Notes: generated by a model not told the origin, from the sequence alone. Shown: positions 36,315 to 45,881, numbered from the stretch's first letter. The stretch: DNA of 55,049 nt from Nanobdellota archaeon (GCA_051819665.1 JBNJDG010000004.1:1-55049), one strand, 5' to 3'. Numbers and translations: made by a program.

Positions 36315-37712
36315 ATGGATAAGACCATAACGAAATCGGATTATCTTGCATATCTTGATTGCAGTAGATATTCATGGTTCCTTCACAATAAACCGGAGCA
36401 GTTACCTAGTCCGGATGCTTCAGCTGAGTTCAGGATCAACCAGGGTTATGAGGTGGAGGAATATGCCAGGAGATTGTTCTCCGGTAAACATCCGACGAAG
36501 GAGAAAGACACGAAAGCATTGATAGATGAGAAAGAGACTATCTTTGAGGCGGAACTTTCTGTTGATGGTCTGTATGCGAGGGCAGATGTTCTCCGTTATG
36601 ATGACGGCTGGGAGATTTACGAGATAAAATCCTCGGGCAGGGTGAAGGATGAGCATAAGGAAGATCTCGCTTTCCAGAAATTCGTTGCAGAGTCTTTGGG
36701 TCTGGATGTGAAGAGATGTTATGTGGTTCATATAGATACCTATTATGTAAGAGAGGGAGAGTTAGAGCCGGAAAAGCTCTTTACTGTTGAGGAAGTTGAG
36801 ATGGATGACTCAGGAGTGGGAGAAAATATCCAAGAGCTGAGAAGGATCCTGGCTTTGCCTGAACCGACGGGCTGTTCTATAGACAGAGGATGCAGGGATT
36901 GTTCTCTTGACTGTATGGAATCTTTGCCCGAGAATAGTGTTTTCGGGCTCTACAATGGGGGGAAGAAGAGCGATGAGCTTTATTCTTCAGGGATAGAGGA
37001 TATTAAGGACATACCTGATGATTTCAGGCTCTCGGAAAAGCAGAGGATACAGAAGGATTGTGTGAAAACAGGTAAGGAGCATGTTGATGAAGAGAAGATA
37101 AGGTCATGGCTAGATTCATTGGAGAAGCCGCTGCATTTCCTTGATTTTGAAAGTTTCCAGACAGCTGTACCCAGGTTTACCGGGATAAGGCCTTATCAGC
37201 AGATAGTTTTCCAGTACAGTCTTCATATCAGAGATGGGGTGATCACCCATAAAGAGTTCCTTCATGACAGTAGGGATGATCCGAGAAAGGATTTCATCTC
37301 TAATCTTGTTCACGATGTCTCAGACAGAGGTTCTGTAATCGTATATAACAAGACCTTCGAGAAGGGAAGGTTAAGGGAGCTTGCTAAAGCCTATCCGGAG
37401 TTCTCCCACGAGATAGAGAGCATGATCTCGAGGATTGTGGATCTTCTTGATATCTTCAGGAATTTCTGGTTCTATTCTCCTCTCCAGAAAGGTTCGGCAT
37501 CCATAAAGAAAGTCCTGCCTGTCTTCTCTGATCTCTCCTATGATGGCCTTGATATAGGTAATGGCACTGATGCATTCGTCACTTATCTAAAATTCATGGA
37601 AGGGGAGATAGAGCTTTCAGGTGTTAAAGAGGCTCTTCTCGAATATTGTAAGCTTGATACGTATTCAGAGATTGTCATATTGGACGGCCTCAGGGAAAGG
37701 GTTGATGGCTGA
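36315..37712 (+). CDS. DUF2779-domain protein: Cas4-like PD-(D/E)xK nuclease fused to an RNase H-like exonuclease
   Basis: ITKS.Y...LDC, ADVL...W.IYEIKSS, DLAFQ, LDFE, PYQQI.FQYSLH, VYNKTFE, DL, SIKKVLP, YCKLDT. Confidence 0.85.
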   Translation: MDKTITKSDYLAYLDCSRYSWFLHNKPEQLPSPDASAEFRINQGYEVEEYARRLFSGKHPTKEKDTKALIDEKETIFEAELSVDGLYARADVLRYDDGWEIYEIKSSGRVKDEHKEDLAFQKFVAESLGLDVKRCYVVHIDTYYVREGELEPEKLFTVEEVEMDDSGVGENIQELRRILALPEPTGCSIDRGCRDCSLDCMESLPENSVFGLYNGGKKSDELYSSGIEDIKDIPDDFRLSEKQRIQKDCVKTGKEHVDEEKIRSWLDSLEKPLHFLDFESFQTAVPRFTGIRPYQQIVFQYSLHIRDGVITHKEFLHDSRDDPRKDFISNLVHDVSDRGSVIVYNKTFEKGRLRELAKAYPEFSHEIESMISRIVDLLDIFRNFWFYSPLQKGSASIKKVLPVFSDLSYDGLDIGNGTDAFVTYLKFMEGEIELSGVKEALLEYCKLDTYSEIVILDGLRERVDG

Positions 37713-37776
37713 ATCTCTAGATTCTCTTTACCTCCCCCGAAAAAAATATATATCCTTTATTGTCAGTTTTTCTTAG

Positions 37777-38226
37777 ATGGCCTTGGATGGTTTCACTATA
37801 CAGATGATCTCTGTGGGAGTTGTATTGTTTCTCTTTGCGCTTCATATCTTCTCCAAGAAGGTCCATTATTTCGTGGGTGGATTGATCCTCATGGGTCTCG
37901 GAGTCCTTAAGTATCTGGTAGCCCGGAATTATTTCCATTTTCAGTTATGGAAATTCCCGGTTATAGAATTTGCCCTGTGGTTCCTGGCTGTGTTTGCCGG
38001 GAAAGACCTTCTCAAGGAGGGTTTTAGTGAGGATAGTAAGGTGCTCAAATGGCCCAGTATAATCATCGCCCTCACTATCATCGTGCTTACTACGGTCCCT
38101 ACTCTTAATAGCATGGGTATCATAGAGTTTGCATTGCCCTCTTATCCGCCGATAATAGACCATGTTATCTATGTGCTGACAGGTATCTTCCTCCTGATCG
38201 GGACTTTCACTCTTGTTGATGAATAG
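37777..38226 (+). CDS. Integral membrane protein
   Basis: About five TM segments. Confidence 0.7.
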   Translation: MALDGFTIQMISVGVVLFLFALHIFSKKVHYFVGGLILMGLGVLKYLVARNYFHFQLWKFPVIEFALWFLAVFAGKDLLKEGFSEDSKVLKWPSIIIALTIIVLTTVPTLNSMGIIEFALPSYPPIIDHVIYVLTGIFLLIGTFTLVDE

Positions 38227-38269
38227 TCTTAGAATAATTATTTAAATATGTTCTATTTACCTTCTTACA

Positions 38270-39076
38270 ATGGTAAACATTTTGGCAGTGTCTGATGAGA
38301 GCCTTATAGAGAATGGCGGGAATTACCTTGCTGCAGAGGTGAAGGAGAAGATTGATATCCTTGTGAATTGCGGGGATCTCGGGCCCATAGATCTCCAAAA
38401 GCTTGAGATGGATTTCAAGCCTTCGGTAAAGTTGATGGTCTATGGCAATCATGACAAAGGGGCCTTTGCATCCAATAAACTTACTAATGGTGGCGTCACG
38501 GGTTATGGAAGGGATGAGAGGTTCCTCCCGAATAATATGAAATATAAGGATGAGGAGTTTGAGTCGAAGGAATTCTCTGAGCTCTATAAGACGACTGTGT
38601 TGAATAAGGCCCTGCATAAGGTGAAGCCGGGAAAGAACAATGGGCTTGATGATGAGATCATATTCGGTGGTTTTTCAGGTTCGATGACCGAAGGTATGAA
38701 CAAGGAGAGGAAATGGCCTTTCTATTTCACCGAGAAAAAGGCAAGGTCATTCGCTAAATCTTTGAAGAGAAAGAGGAAATGGAAGAGGCTTTTCGGTTCT
38801 GATCTGTCTATAGATATAATGATGAGCCATGCCGCGCCTGACATAGGCGGTTTCTATGGTGATCTCGGATCCCATCATCTTCCTTCGAAGGCACTTGGGG
38901 AGATCCAGAAAGAGTTCATGCCTTCCCTTTGGCTCTATGGCCATATTCATCCGAGTTATACGACAGAGAATCTTGATTTCAAAAAGAAAGATTCATATAT
39001 ACTTAATGCAGTCCCGTTCAAGTTCATCGACTATGATGAGAAGAAAAAGAAGGTAGTGGATTATTATCCGAAATGA
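38270..39076 (+). CDS. Calcineurin-like metallophosphoesterase
   Basis: ILAVSD, CGDL, GNHD, MSHA.P, GHIH. Confidence 0.9.
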   Translation: MVNILAVSDESLIENGGNYLAAEVKEKIDILVNCGDLGPIDLQKLEMDFKPSVKLMVYGNHDKGAFASNKLTNGGVTGYGRDERFLPNNMKYKDEEFESKEFSELYKTTVLNKALHKVKPGKNNGLDDEIIFGGFSGSMTEGMNKERKWPFYFTEKKARSFAKSLKRKRKWKRLFGSDLSIDIMMSHAAPDIGGFYGDLGSHHLPSKALGEIQKEFMPSLWLYGHIHPSYTTENLDFKKKDSYILNAVPFKFIDYDEKKKKVVDYYPK

Positions 39077-39924
39077 TGCATGATAATATGTTGGGGCCCA
39101 ATGCCGGGAAAGTACCACCAGATCAAACTGTGAGAGGGCATTCTGAGAAGGCTGCCAGAGCTTATGAGGATGCAAGAGGTATAGGCCGGTCACAGCTCAG
39201 GAGACTGCCCTGGGAAGAGAAATCTTACCTTCATCTTCTGGATTCTGTGATGGCCGGTCATGAGATAGAAAGGAAAGTCAACAAAGGTGATGAGCTAGTC
39301 TCGCGGTTCATGATTGAGGGTTCTGCGGCTGAGTTGAGGTATAAGGATTTTTCCAGGGGTTTTATGCCTCTCCCTAAGCCCGATACTCCTTTTGCCAATA
39401 AGTGGAAGGAACTATATTCGCAGAGGCGCAGGTGGTTCAGTTCAGGGAATAGCATAGAGGTCAAGGAATTCCTTCATAAGCATTATGTAGTGGAAGGCCA
39501 TAAGAGGGCCAGTGTGGCCACTTATACAGGATTTGATCCAGTGCCGGTGCAGATTGAGAGACTGATCCCGAAGAATAAGGGAGACAGGAAGACCAGGGAG
39601 TACTCAGCATATCTTCAGTTTGAGTCCCAGACAGGAATAAGCCATATATGGTTTCACGACGAGGACGGGTATAATAAACTGAATGACAGGATAAAGAGGC
39701 TCTTTCCCTCTTTCTCATTTGATGATTTCAAGTCTGAGATATACAGGCCCTTCATGACATTGTATAACCAGTTTGAGGATAAGAGGCTCCAGAAGATACC
39801 TCCTGGCGAGTTATTGCTCTCTTATATAGATAATCACTGGGAGAAGGGGTTAGGGTCTTCAAAGAAGGCAAGGAAAGGACTGAAAAAAGAGATAGGAAGG
39901 TTAAGCAGGATGTATTCAGAGTAA
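39073..39924 (+). CDS. ParB/Srx-like domain protein (DUF4032-associated type)
   Basis: RYKDF.R.FMP, KW..L, YVVEGHKRASVA, F...TG; ATGA-coupled to the phosphoesterase. Confidence 0.65.
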   Translation: MMHDNMLGPNAGKVPPDQTVRGHSEKAARAYEDARGIGRSQLRRLPWEEKSYLHLLDSVMAGHEIERKVNKGDELVSRFMIEGSAAELRYKDFSRGFMPLPKPDTPFANKWKELYSQRRRWFSSGNSIEVKEFLHKHYVVEGHKRASVATYTGFDPVPVQIERLIPKNKGDRKTREYSAYLQFESQTGISHIWFHDEDGYNKLNDRIKRLFPSFSFDDFKSEIYRPFMTLYNQFEDKRLQKIPPGELLLSYIDNHWEKGLGSSKKARKGLKKEIGRLSRMYSE

Positions 39925-39980
39925 AATTCTATGAATTTCCAAAAACTTAAATAATCACAGATGAGACTTAGGTAATCATT

Positions 39981-41918
39981 ATGAAATACAGAGGTCTTGA
40001 ACTTGATAAGTTCCAGGAAGAAGCAATAAGCCATATAGATGAGGACAAGTCAGTTATAGTCTCGGCCGGTACAGGCACGGGCAAGACGCTCATAGCTGAT
40101 TACCTTATCGAGAAATCCATCAATGAAGGTAGCAGGGTCATCTATACGAGTCCTATAAAGGCGCTCTCTAACCAGAAATTCAAGGATTTCAAGGCACTCT
40201 ATGGGGATAAGATCGGCCTTCTTACAGGTGATGTGTCCATAAACGAGGATGCCCAGATATTAATAATGACGACTGAAATCTACAGGAATATGCTCCTCTC
40301 TAAGGATCCTATATGTGATACGATATCTTATGTTATCTTCGATGAGATCCATTATATAAACGATATAGAAAGAGGCACTATCTGGGAAGAATCGATAATC
40401 TTTGCGAGCTCAAACACGAAGATGCTTGCTTTAAGTGCTACAATCCCGAATGCGAATGAGTTAAGGGACTGGATATCCTCCCTGAGACCCGAGGAAGTCG
40501 CTCTGGTCTATTATGAAGACAGGGCTGTGCCGCTCAATCATATGTTCTTCGAGCATTTCAACGGGCTTATGGAAAGGGAGGAGATGCCCAAGAAGATAAA
40601 AGAACTTAAATCATACGCAAGGCATTCTCCCGGTAAGAAAGGGAAAAAGAAGAAACCGAGGCTTCACAGTCCGGAGATAGCAAGGAACCAGTTCCTTGAT
40701 CTTGTGCATGAGCTTAAACAGAAGGAATGGATGCCCTGTATATTCTTCTCTTTCTCAAGGAAGACATGCGAGATGAAAGCTGATAAGGTAGCAAAGAAGA
40801 TGAATCTTCTCAGTAAGGAAGAGAGGACCAGGGTGGCAGAGATAATCCCTAAGTACATAACAGCTGAAGCCTCTCACCTGAAGAGTGTGAAGCTTGTAAG
40901 GAATGCGTTGATGAAAGGAGCAGGTGTGCATCATGCAGGGATCCTGCCTGCTGTCAAGGAACTGGTAGAGCATCTGTTCTCTGAAGGCCTGGTGAAGGTC
41001 CTTTTCGCTACAGAGACCTTTGCAGTAGGTATAAACATGCCTGCCAAAGCAGTCTGTTTCTCCTCGATGGAGAAATTCGATGGGATAAGTTTCAGGCATC
41101 TTACGACGAAGGAGTATTTCCAGATGGCCGGCAGGGCCGGAAGGAGAGGTATAGATAATGTAGGTTATTCGATTGTCCTCCTCGAACCTGACTTCGCTGA
41201 TACGAAGAAACTGATGTATATAACTGAGAAGGACAGGGACCCTATCAGGAGCCAGTATACTTTGTCTTACAACACTACTGTGAATCTTCTGAAATATCAG
41301 GATGAAAAGACTATAGAGAAGATCCTGAAGAGTAATTTCGGTTATTTCGTGAAGAAGAGGCAGGAGAACCAGGTAAGGATCATGTCCTCTTACAAGAACC
41401 AGCTCAAGAGGCTCAGGAAGCTGGGATGTATAGACAATCAGAATAACATACTTGAGAAGGGCGAGTTCATGTCCCATATTTATTCTGATGAGGTGCTCAT
41501 GACAGAGCTTGTATATAGTGGGGTCCTGGATGAGCTTTCCGCCGAGGAGATAAGCATAGTCATAGCCTCGGTCGCTTATGATGGCAAGAAGTCCGATCAT
41601 TTCTCCTTCAGGGGAGTTGATAAGGAATATTCCAGGTTGATAAAACTGCTTTCAAAGGATAAGGTGATCGAGAAGAACATAAACAAGTTGTCTGTCAAGA
41701 GGATGATCAATGTTGTCATGAAATGGAGCGAGGGCTGTGATTTCCTTGAGCTGATGGAATACAGCAACCTTGCAGAGGGAGATCACATAAGGCTTTTCAG
41801 GCAGATCATAGACAGGATCCAGCAGCTGATAAAGGCAGGAGTCTCTGTAGAGCTCGAGGAGAAACTGGTGAAAGCTATGAATCTCCTGGATAGGGATGTG
41901 GTCAAGGTAGAGTTTTAG
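39981..41918 (+). CDS. Ski2/HelY-like DEIH-box helicase with DSHCT-type C-terminus
   Basis: LDKFQ, AGTGTGKT, PIKALSNQK, MTTEIYRNML, FDEIH, LSAT, HHAG, ATETFAVGINMPA, QMAGRAGRRG, EGD.IR. Confidence 0.93.
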   Translation: MKYRGLELDKFQEEAISHIDEDKSVIVSAGTGTGKTLIADYLIEKSINEGSRVIYTSPIKALSNQKFKDFKALYGDKIGLLTGDVSINEDAQILIMTTEIYRNMLLSKDPICDTISYVIFDEIHYINDIERGTIWEESIIFASSNTKMLALSATIPNANELRDWISSLRPEEVALVYYEDRAVPLNHMFFEHFNGLMEREEMPKKIKELKSYARHSPGKKGKKKKPRLHSPEIARNQFLDLVHELKQKEWMPCIFFSFSRKTCEMKADKVAKKMNLLSKEERTRVAEIIPKYITAEASHLKSVKLVRNALMKGAGVHHAGILPAVKELVEHLFSEGLVKVLFATETFAVGINMPAKAVCFSSMEKFDGISFRHLTTKEYFQMAGRAGRRGIDNVGYSIVLLEPDFADTKKLMYITEKDRDPIRSQYTLSYNTTVNLLKYQDEKTIEKILKSNFGYFVKKRQENQVRIMSSYKNQLKRLRKLGCIDNQNNILEKGEFMSHIYSDEVLMTELVYSGVLDELSAEEISIVIASVAYDGKKSDHFSFRGVDKEYSRLIKLLSKDKVIEKNINKLSVKRMINVVMKWSEGCDFLELMEYSNLAEGDHIRLFRQIIDRIQQLIKAGVSVELEEKLVKAMNLLDRDVVKVEF

Positions 41919-42493
41919 ATATCAGAGAGATCTTCCTTTATCTTTTCAATATTTCCTGGCTCTGCTTTTATGACTTTCATCCCTAGTTTTTCAGCTTCTT
42001 TGATGTTATGTTCGCTGTCATCTATGAAAACAGTATCTTCAGGTTTTTCTCCGAATCTCTGCAGGACATCATTCAGGTTGCCGGGTTTGAGCTTTCCTAT
42101 GTCGAAGGAGAATACCTCATGGTCAAAATGTTTTCCTAAACCTAATCTATCGGCAATTCCGGCAGTGAATACATCCGTGTTGGAAAGAAGGGTTTTCGTA
42201 TCTTTAATCGAAGACAGGAGATCTTCAGCTCCCTCGTATGCTTCCGCTTTCCTTATACCCTCCGAGAAGACAGAGCAGACAAAATCTATATTCTCCTCTG
42301 TCTCCTTTATGCTGAAGGCTCTTAAATAAGAAGCTGCTAGGTCTTCCATGGTCCTGAACCTTTTCAGCTGGACAGCTTCTTCATACTTCCTGATGTAATC
42401 TTCCTTTTTCTCTATACCGAAGTGTTCCCTTAATGTAGAGGATATACCAATGTTCTTCTTCGCCAGCGTCTTCCAGAGATCGAAGATTATCAT
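41915..42493 (-). CDS. HAD-family hydrolase
   Basis: IIFDLWKTL, LLSN, KP, FIDDS..NI..A..LG. Confidence 0.88.
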   Translation of the reverse strand: MIIFDLWKTLAKKNIGISSTLREHFGIEKKEDYIRKYEEAVQLKRFRTMEDLAASYLRAFSIKETEENIDFVCSVFSEGIRKAEAYEGAEDLLSSIKDTKTLLSNTDVFTAGIADRLGLGKHFDHEVFSFDIGKLKPGNLNDVLQRFGEKPEDTVFIDDSEHNIKEAEKLGMKVIKAEPGNIEKIKEDLSDI

Positions 42494-42544
42494 CAGTAAT
42501 TCCTGTTTTAAAGGGTTATTTAAAATCTTTGATGTTTTGAGAAA

Positions 42545-42706
42545 GAAAGAAGAGGAGGGCTATAGTCGAGATCAAGAGGTGTGATCATGAGGCGAACTGA
42601 ACCAGGGTCTCGATTGGGGGGAGGTGTGATCTTCCCTGGTTTCTCTCGGCTGAGACCATGCAAATTCCTTTACAAGCTTTTCAGCATATAGGCCCTCCTC
42701 TTTCAT
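42545..42706 (-). ncRNA. Candidate stand-alone structured sRNA with two loop-displayed anti-SD motifs
   Basis: Own TATA (TTTATAAA, 42735-42728), 11-bp closing stem (42550-42560 with 42692-42702), two copies of GAUCACACCUC, U-rich 3' end. Confidence 0.55.
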
Positions 42707-42803
42707 ATTATCCTCTTAGGTAATTTTTTTATAAATACGTTATTCAACTCAGATAAAGACCTGAATTTCATAAAATTTAAAAATGGTAAACATACGTTAA
42801 CCC

Positions 42804-43466
42804 TTGATGGATGTTTTATGTATCTTACCGGACTGGTTCCTGGGTTATGGTATGCTGCTTGAGTTCATCTTTTTCCTGTTAGCAGCGTTTATAGCTTTCT
42901 ATTCATACAGGGTTTACAAGATCACCAAAAGGAAAGATGTAAAGAATATATTCATAGCTTTCATAGCTTTTTCCTCTTCTTATCTGATTCAGTTCCTTGC
43001 GAATGGTGTTTTTTATATTGATAATAATCTGATGCCTCTGGAGACTATATTACTGAAGACTTTACCGATGTATATATATTTCATCCTGTACATGTTTGCA
43101 TTGGTGACTTTAGCTTATGCCGTTCTAAAGCCTAAGACAAGCAGGTTTTATTATCTTTTCCTGGCTGTGGTATTGATAGGCATATTCATGGCACAGAGCC
43201 CGGTATTGGTTTTCAATCTGTTTTCTGTGTTGATACTTCTTTATACAGGGGCATTTGCTTTTTATAATTATTATAGGGGGAAGAGAAAGAATAATCTGAT
43301 GTTTGTAATATTCATAATCCTGCTTTTCATAGGCAAGCTTCCTTTTGTTTTTTCAGGAAGGATATGTACATGTTCGATCATCCAGCACATTATGTTCTCT
43401 TTCGCTTATGTGATACTTTTTACTGTGCTTTTTATGGTAATGAGATATGGGTTCGAAAAGAAGTAA
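42804..43466 (+). CDS. Multi-pass (~7 TM) membrane protein
   Basis: About seven hydrophobic segments; overlaps the downstream wHTH gene. Confidence 0.75.
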   Translation: MMDVLCILPDWFLGYGMLLEFIFFLLAAFIAFYSYRVYKITKRKDVKNIFIAFIAFSSSYLIQFLANGVFYIDNNLMPLETILLKTLPMYIYFILYMFALVTLAYAVLKPKTSRFYYLFLAVVLIGIFMAQSPVLVFNLFSVLILLYTGAFAFYNYYRGKRKNNLMFVIFIILLFIGKLPFVFSGRICTCSIIQHIMFSFAYVILFTVLFMVMRYGFEKK

Positions 43467-43722
43467 ACTGGAAGTTGTAAAAGACATCCTGACCTCGATA
43501 AGGAACAGGGATGGTAGGATTAAACGTACCCATATCCTTTACAAGGCGAACCTTTCTCACCGGATGCTGGATGAATATCTCAATGATCTAATTTCCAGAG
43601 GTTTTGTCGAGGAATTGGAGCAGAAGAAAGGCAAGAGGTACAGGCTTACACAAAGAGGTCATGAATATCTGAATAAATTCAATATGGTCTCCGGATTCAT
43701 GGATCTCTTCGGTTTCGATTAA
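43447..43722 (+). CDS. Winged-helix transcriptional regulator (archaeal HTH_45-like)
   Basis: KRS.LE...DIL, T.ILYKANLS......YL..L...G......Y.LT..G..YL. Confidence 0.88.
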   Translation: MGSKRSKLEVVKDILTSIRNRDGRIKRTHILYKANLSHRMLDEYLNDLISRGFVEELEQKKGKRYRLTQRGHEYLNKFNMVSGFMDLFGFD

Positions 43723-44882
43723 TCATTAAGGAACTCTTCCTTGCTTATCCTTTCAGGAGGAGCTTCTGTATCATAGTAATCGAAATATCTTGTTTCTTTA
43801 GTGGTTGGTTCTATCGGGTCTCCCTCTTCTTTCCTCCTGCTTATGATCTCCCAGGGAGTAGGCCTGTCTATACCATATTCAGAGACACAGAGTTTTTCTT
43901 TGATGTCATTTGAAAGATTATTGCATTCATAGGCATTTATAGTTATGTTCTTCTTGTCAAAAGCCGGCTCGTCATCAAGATAGAGGCTTATATCGAAATT
44001 GACTGTCCTGGTTTCTCCGGGGCCAAGGGCTTTCTTGGAACCCCAGCCCCATGCTATATCTTTCCCTCTGCCTTTCATATCAAGGACTACCCGCTCGGTT
44101 TGCCCGTTGATTATCGTGATGTTCTTCCTCCATATCTCATCTTCAAAGTCCCCTCTGGTCCTGGAGAAATCCTGCCATTCTATCTTCAGCTCTCCATCTC
44201 CTTCTGGTCTTGACCTGTCCTGTTTGAAACTGCATTCGTCCTCTCTCATGGCTTCCTGGATCAGATTGTTGACCTCTTTGCCGTCTATTGTATAGTTCCT
44301 CATGTCCTGATTGACTGAAGGATCAAGCGTGTCCCTGAAATATTCTGCGAAGGCATCTTTCATTCCTGGAGATAAGTTGCAGTCCATCTCTCCCTGGCCC
44401 GGTATAATCTGTATGAAATGGCAATCTTCTCCTTCCTGACCGATAATTTCCCTTCCGATCTTACCTGCGGTTAGTGGATGTTCCGCTTTGCATGAGTATG
44501 GTTCACAGTTCTGTATCTTTTCAGGGAGAGCCTCGCATCCAGGACTGGCTTTGTCCTTCTCGGTTAAGTTATCCTGTTCTGCAGGATCCTTCTCAGGCCC
44601 TTTTTCTTCGCCGGTCGTTTCATCTTCACTTTGCTTGTCATCTGATTGGGTCATGAAAGCCATGGCTCCTCCTATAAGTAGCAGTATTATTATGCCGGTA
44701 GTGATGAGGATGGTCGATCTTCTTGAGTCTCCTTTCTCTGGTTCTTCAGAAGCAGCTTTCATTGCCTTCTCTACATCTTTAGGGTCGTGTCCCTGCTTGA
44801 CCAGGTGTTCATAACACTGTCTTGAAGAAAAGCCTCTTGATTGCGCTTCCCTGAACCATTCCACCAGCTTCTTATTGGCCAT
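43719..44882 (-). CDS. Single-pass membrane protein with a small cytoplasmic N-domain and Cys-containing ectodomain
   Basis: N-terminal L..W.....RG.S......L.KQG..P.DVE.AM, then TM, then ectodomain. Confidence 0.75.
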   Translation of the reverse strand: MANKKLVEWFREAQSRGFSSRQCYEHLVKQGHDPKDVEKAMKAASEEPEKGDSRRSTILITTGIIILLLIGGAMAFMTQSDDKQSEDETTGEEKGPEKDPAEQDNLTEKDKASPGCEALPEKIQNCEPYSCKAEHPLTAGKIGREIIGQEGEDCHFIQIIPGQGEMDCNLSPGMKDAFAEYFRDTLDPSVNQDMRNYTIDGKEVNNLIQEAMREDECSFKQDRSRPEGDGELKIEWQDFSRTRGDFEDEIWRKNITIINGQTERVVLDMKGRGKDIAWGWGSKKALGPGETRTVNFDISLYLDDEPAFDKKNITINAYECNNLSNDIKEKLCVSEYGIDRPTPWEIISRRKEEGDPIEPTTKETRYFDYYDTEAPPERISKEEFLND

Positions 44883-45019
44883 TGATGTTTTTATTGTAGC
44901 TCTTTTTTATATATCTTTGGTTCTACTTGATGGTGCTCTATGAAAAAGTCTTATCGTGCTGATTATCCTGAAAACTGTTTTATCTTAATTTTTATCATAT
45001 GGCCCTTGAAAGGGATTGA

Positions 45020-45835
45020 TCAGAGGAATTCTTTCAGGGATTTGTATCTCTTAAGCATATTTTTTCCTTTCTTGAGGTAATAACCGATCAATTGGGGTTT
45101 AACATCAAATTCTTCTGCAATACCTGCCATGGATGATTCGTATTCGCCGATACCATAGAACTTTCTGAGAGTGTATGCTATGTTCTCATTCTTTTTGGCA
45201 ATATCCTCCAGAGCCGATTCCAGCCTTGCTTTTAGATGATGTTCGTCCAGTCTATGTCCGGGAACTTCGAAAGTTTCATTAGGTAATCTCTCCTCATAGG
45301 TTCTCTCGTTGCCTAATCTATGGTCTATGTACCTGGCCTTGAGGGGAACTTTGTGATCTTCTGAAACCGAATGTTCGGGTACGTCGCTGAGAAGTTCATG
45401 AGTAAGGGACTCAACTTTTTCTGAATTCTCTTTTAAAGACCTTTGTTTATTCTTTGGTATCCTTATTGCATTGGTCTGGTCCCTTACGTATTCTATGATT
45501 GATGCCCTTATATTCCATACTGCATAGGATATGAATTTGAACCCTCTTGTCTCATCAAAGCTTTCTGCAGCCTTGATGAGGCCTTTGTTACCCTCATTGA
45601 CCATATCAGATAATGGAGCGTTCTCATGCCTGTATTGTTTTGCTATTGATACTACGAACCTGAGATTTGATTTTATTAGTGTCTCTTTGGCCTTTTCATC
45701 ACCCTTCTTTAACCTATATGCAAGTTCAGACTCCTCTTCAGGCTTCAATAAAGGGTATTTCTTGATTTCGTTGATATATTTGTTCAGTATGTATCCGTTG
45801 TTCAACGGCCTTTCCTGTATCTTTATCTGTCTCAT
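45020..45835 (-). CDS. Bacterial-type RNA polymerase sigma-70 (RpoD/RpoS-like) factor
   Basis: Region 1.2 LNKYINEI..YPLL..EEE.EL; region 2 NLRFVVSIAKQY..LSDMVNEGN.GLIKAAE.FDETRGFKFISYAVW; IRIP; degenerate region 4. Confidence 0.92.
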   Translation of the reverse strand: MRQIKIQERPLNNGYILNKYINEIKKYPLLKPEEESELAYRLKKGDEKAKETLIKSNLRFVVSIAKQYRHENAPLSDMVNEGNKGLIKAAESFDETRGFKFISYAVWNIRASIIEYVRDQTNAIRIPKNKQRSLKENSEKVESLTHELLSDVPEHSVSEDHKVPLKARYIDHRLGNERTYEERLPNETFEVPGHRLDEHHLKARLESALEDIAKKNENIAYTLRKFYGIGEYESSMAGIAEEFDVKPQLIGYYLKKGKNMLKRYKSLKEFL

Positions 45836-45881
45836 CAAGTAAGGGTGTGTTAACTAGATTAATAAAGATATCGTTTTTTGT

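Noticed and set aside
36315-37712. CRISPR-associated Cas4
   Set aside because: The Cas4-like nuclease is fused to a DUF2779 exonuclease domain, with no cas operon or array.
42545-42706. SRP RNA, RNase P RNA or a 16S rRNA 3' fragment
   Set aside because: It lacks the SRP helix-8 motif and the RNase P GAGGAAAGUCC region; GAUCACACCUCC differs from the 16S end GAUCACCUCC and has no helix-45 context.
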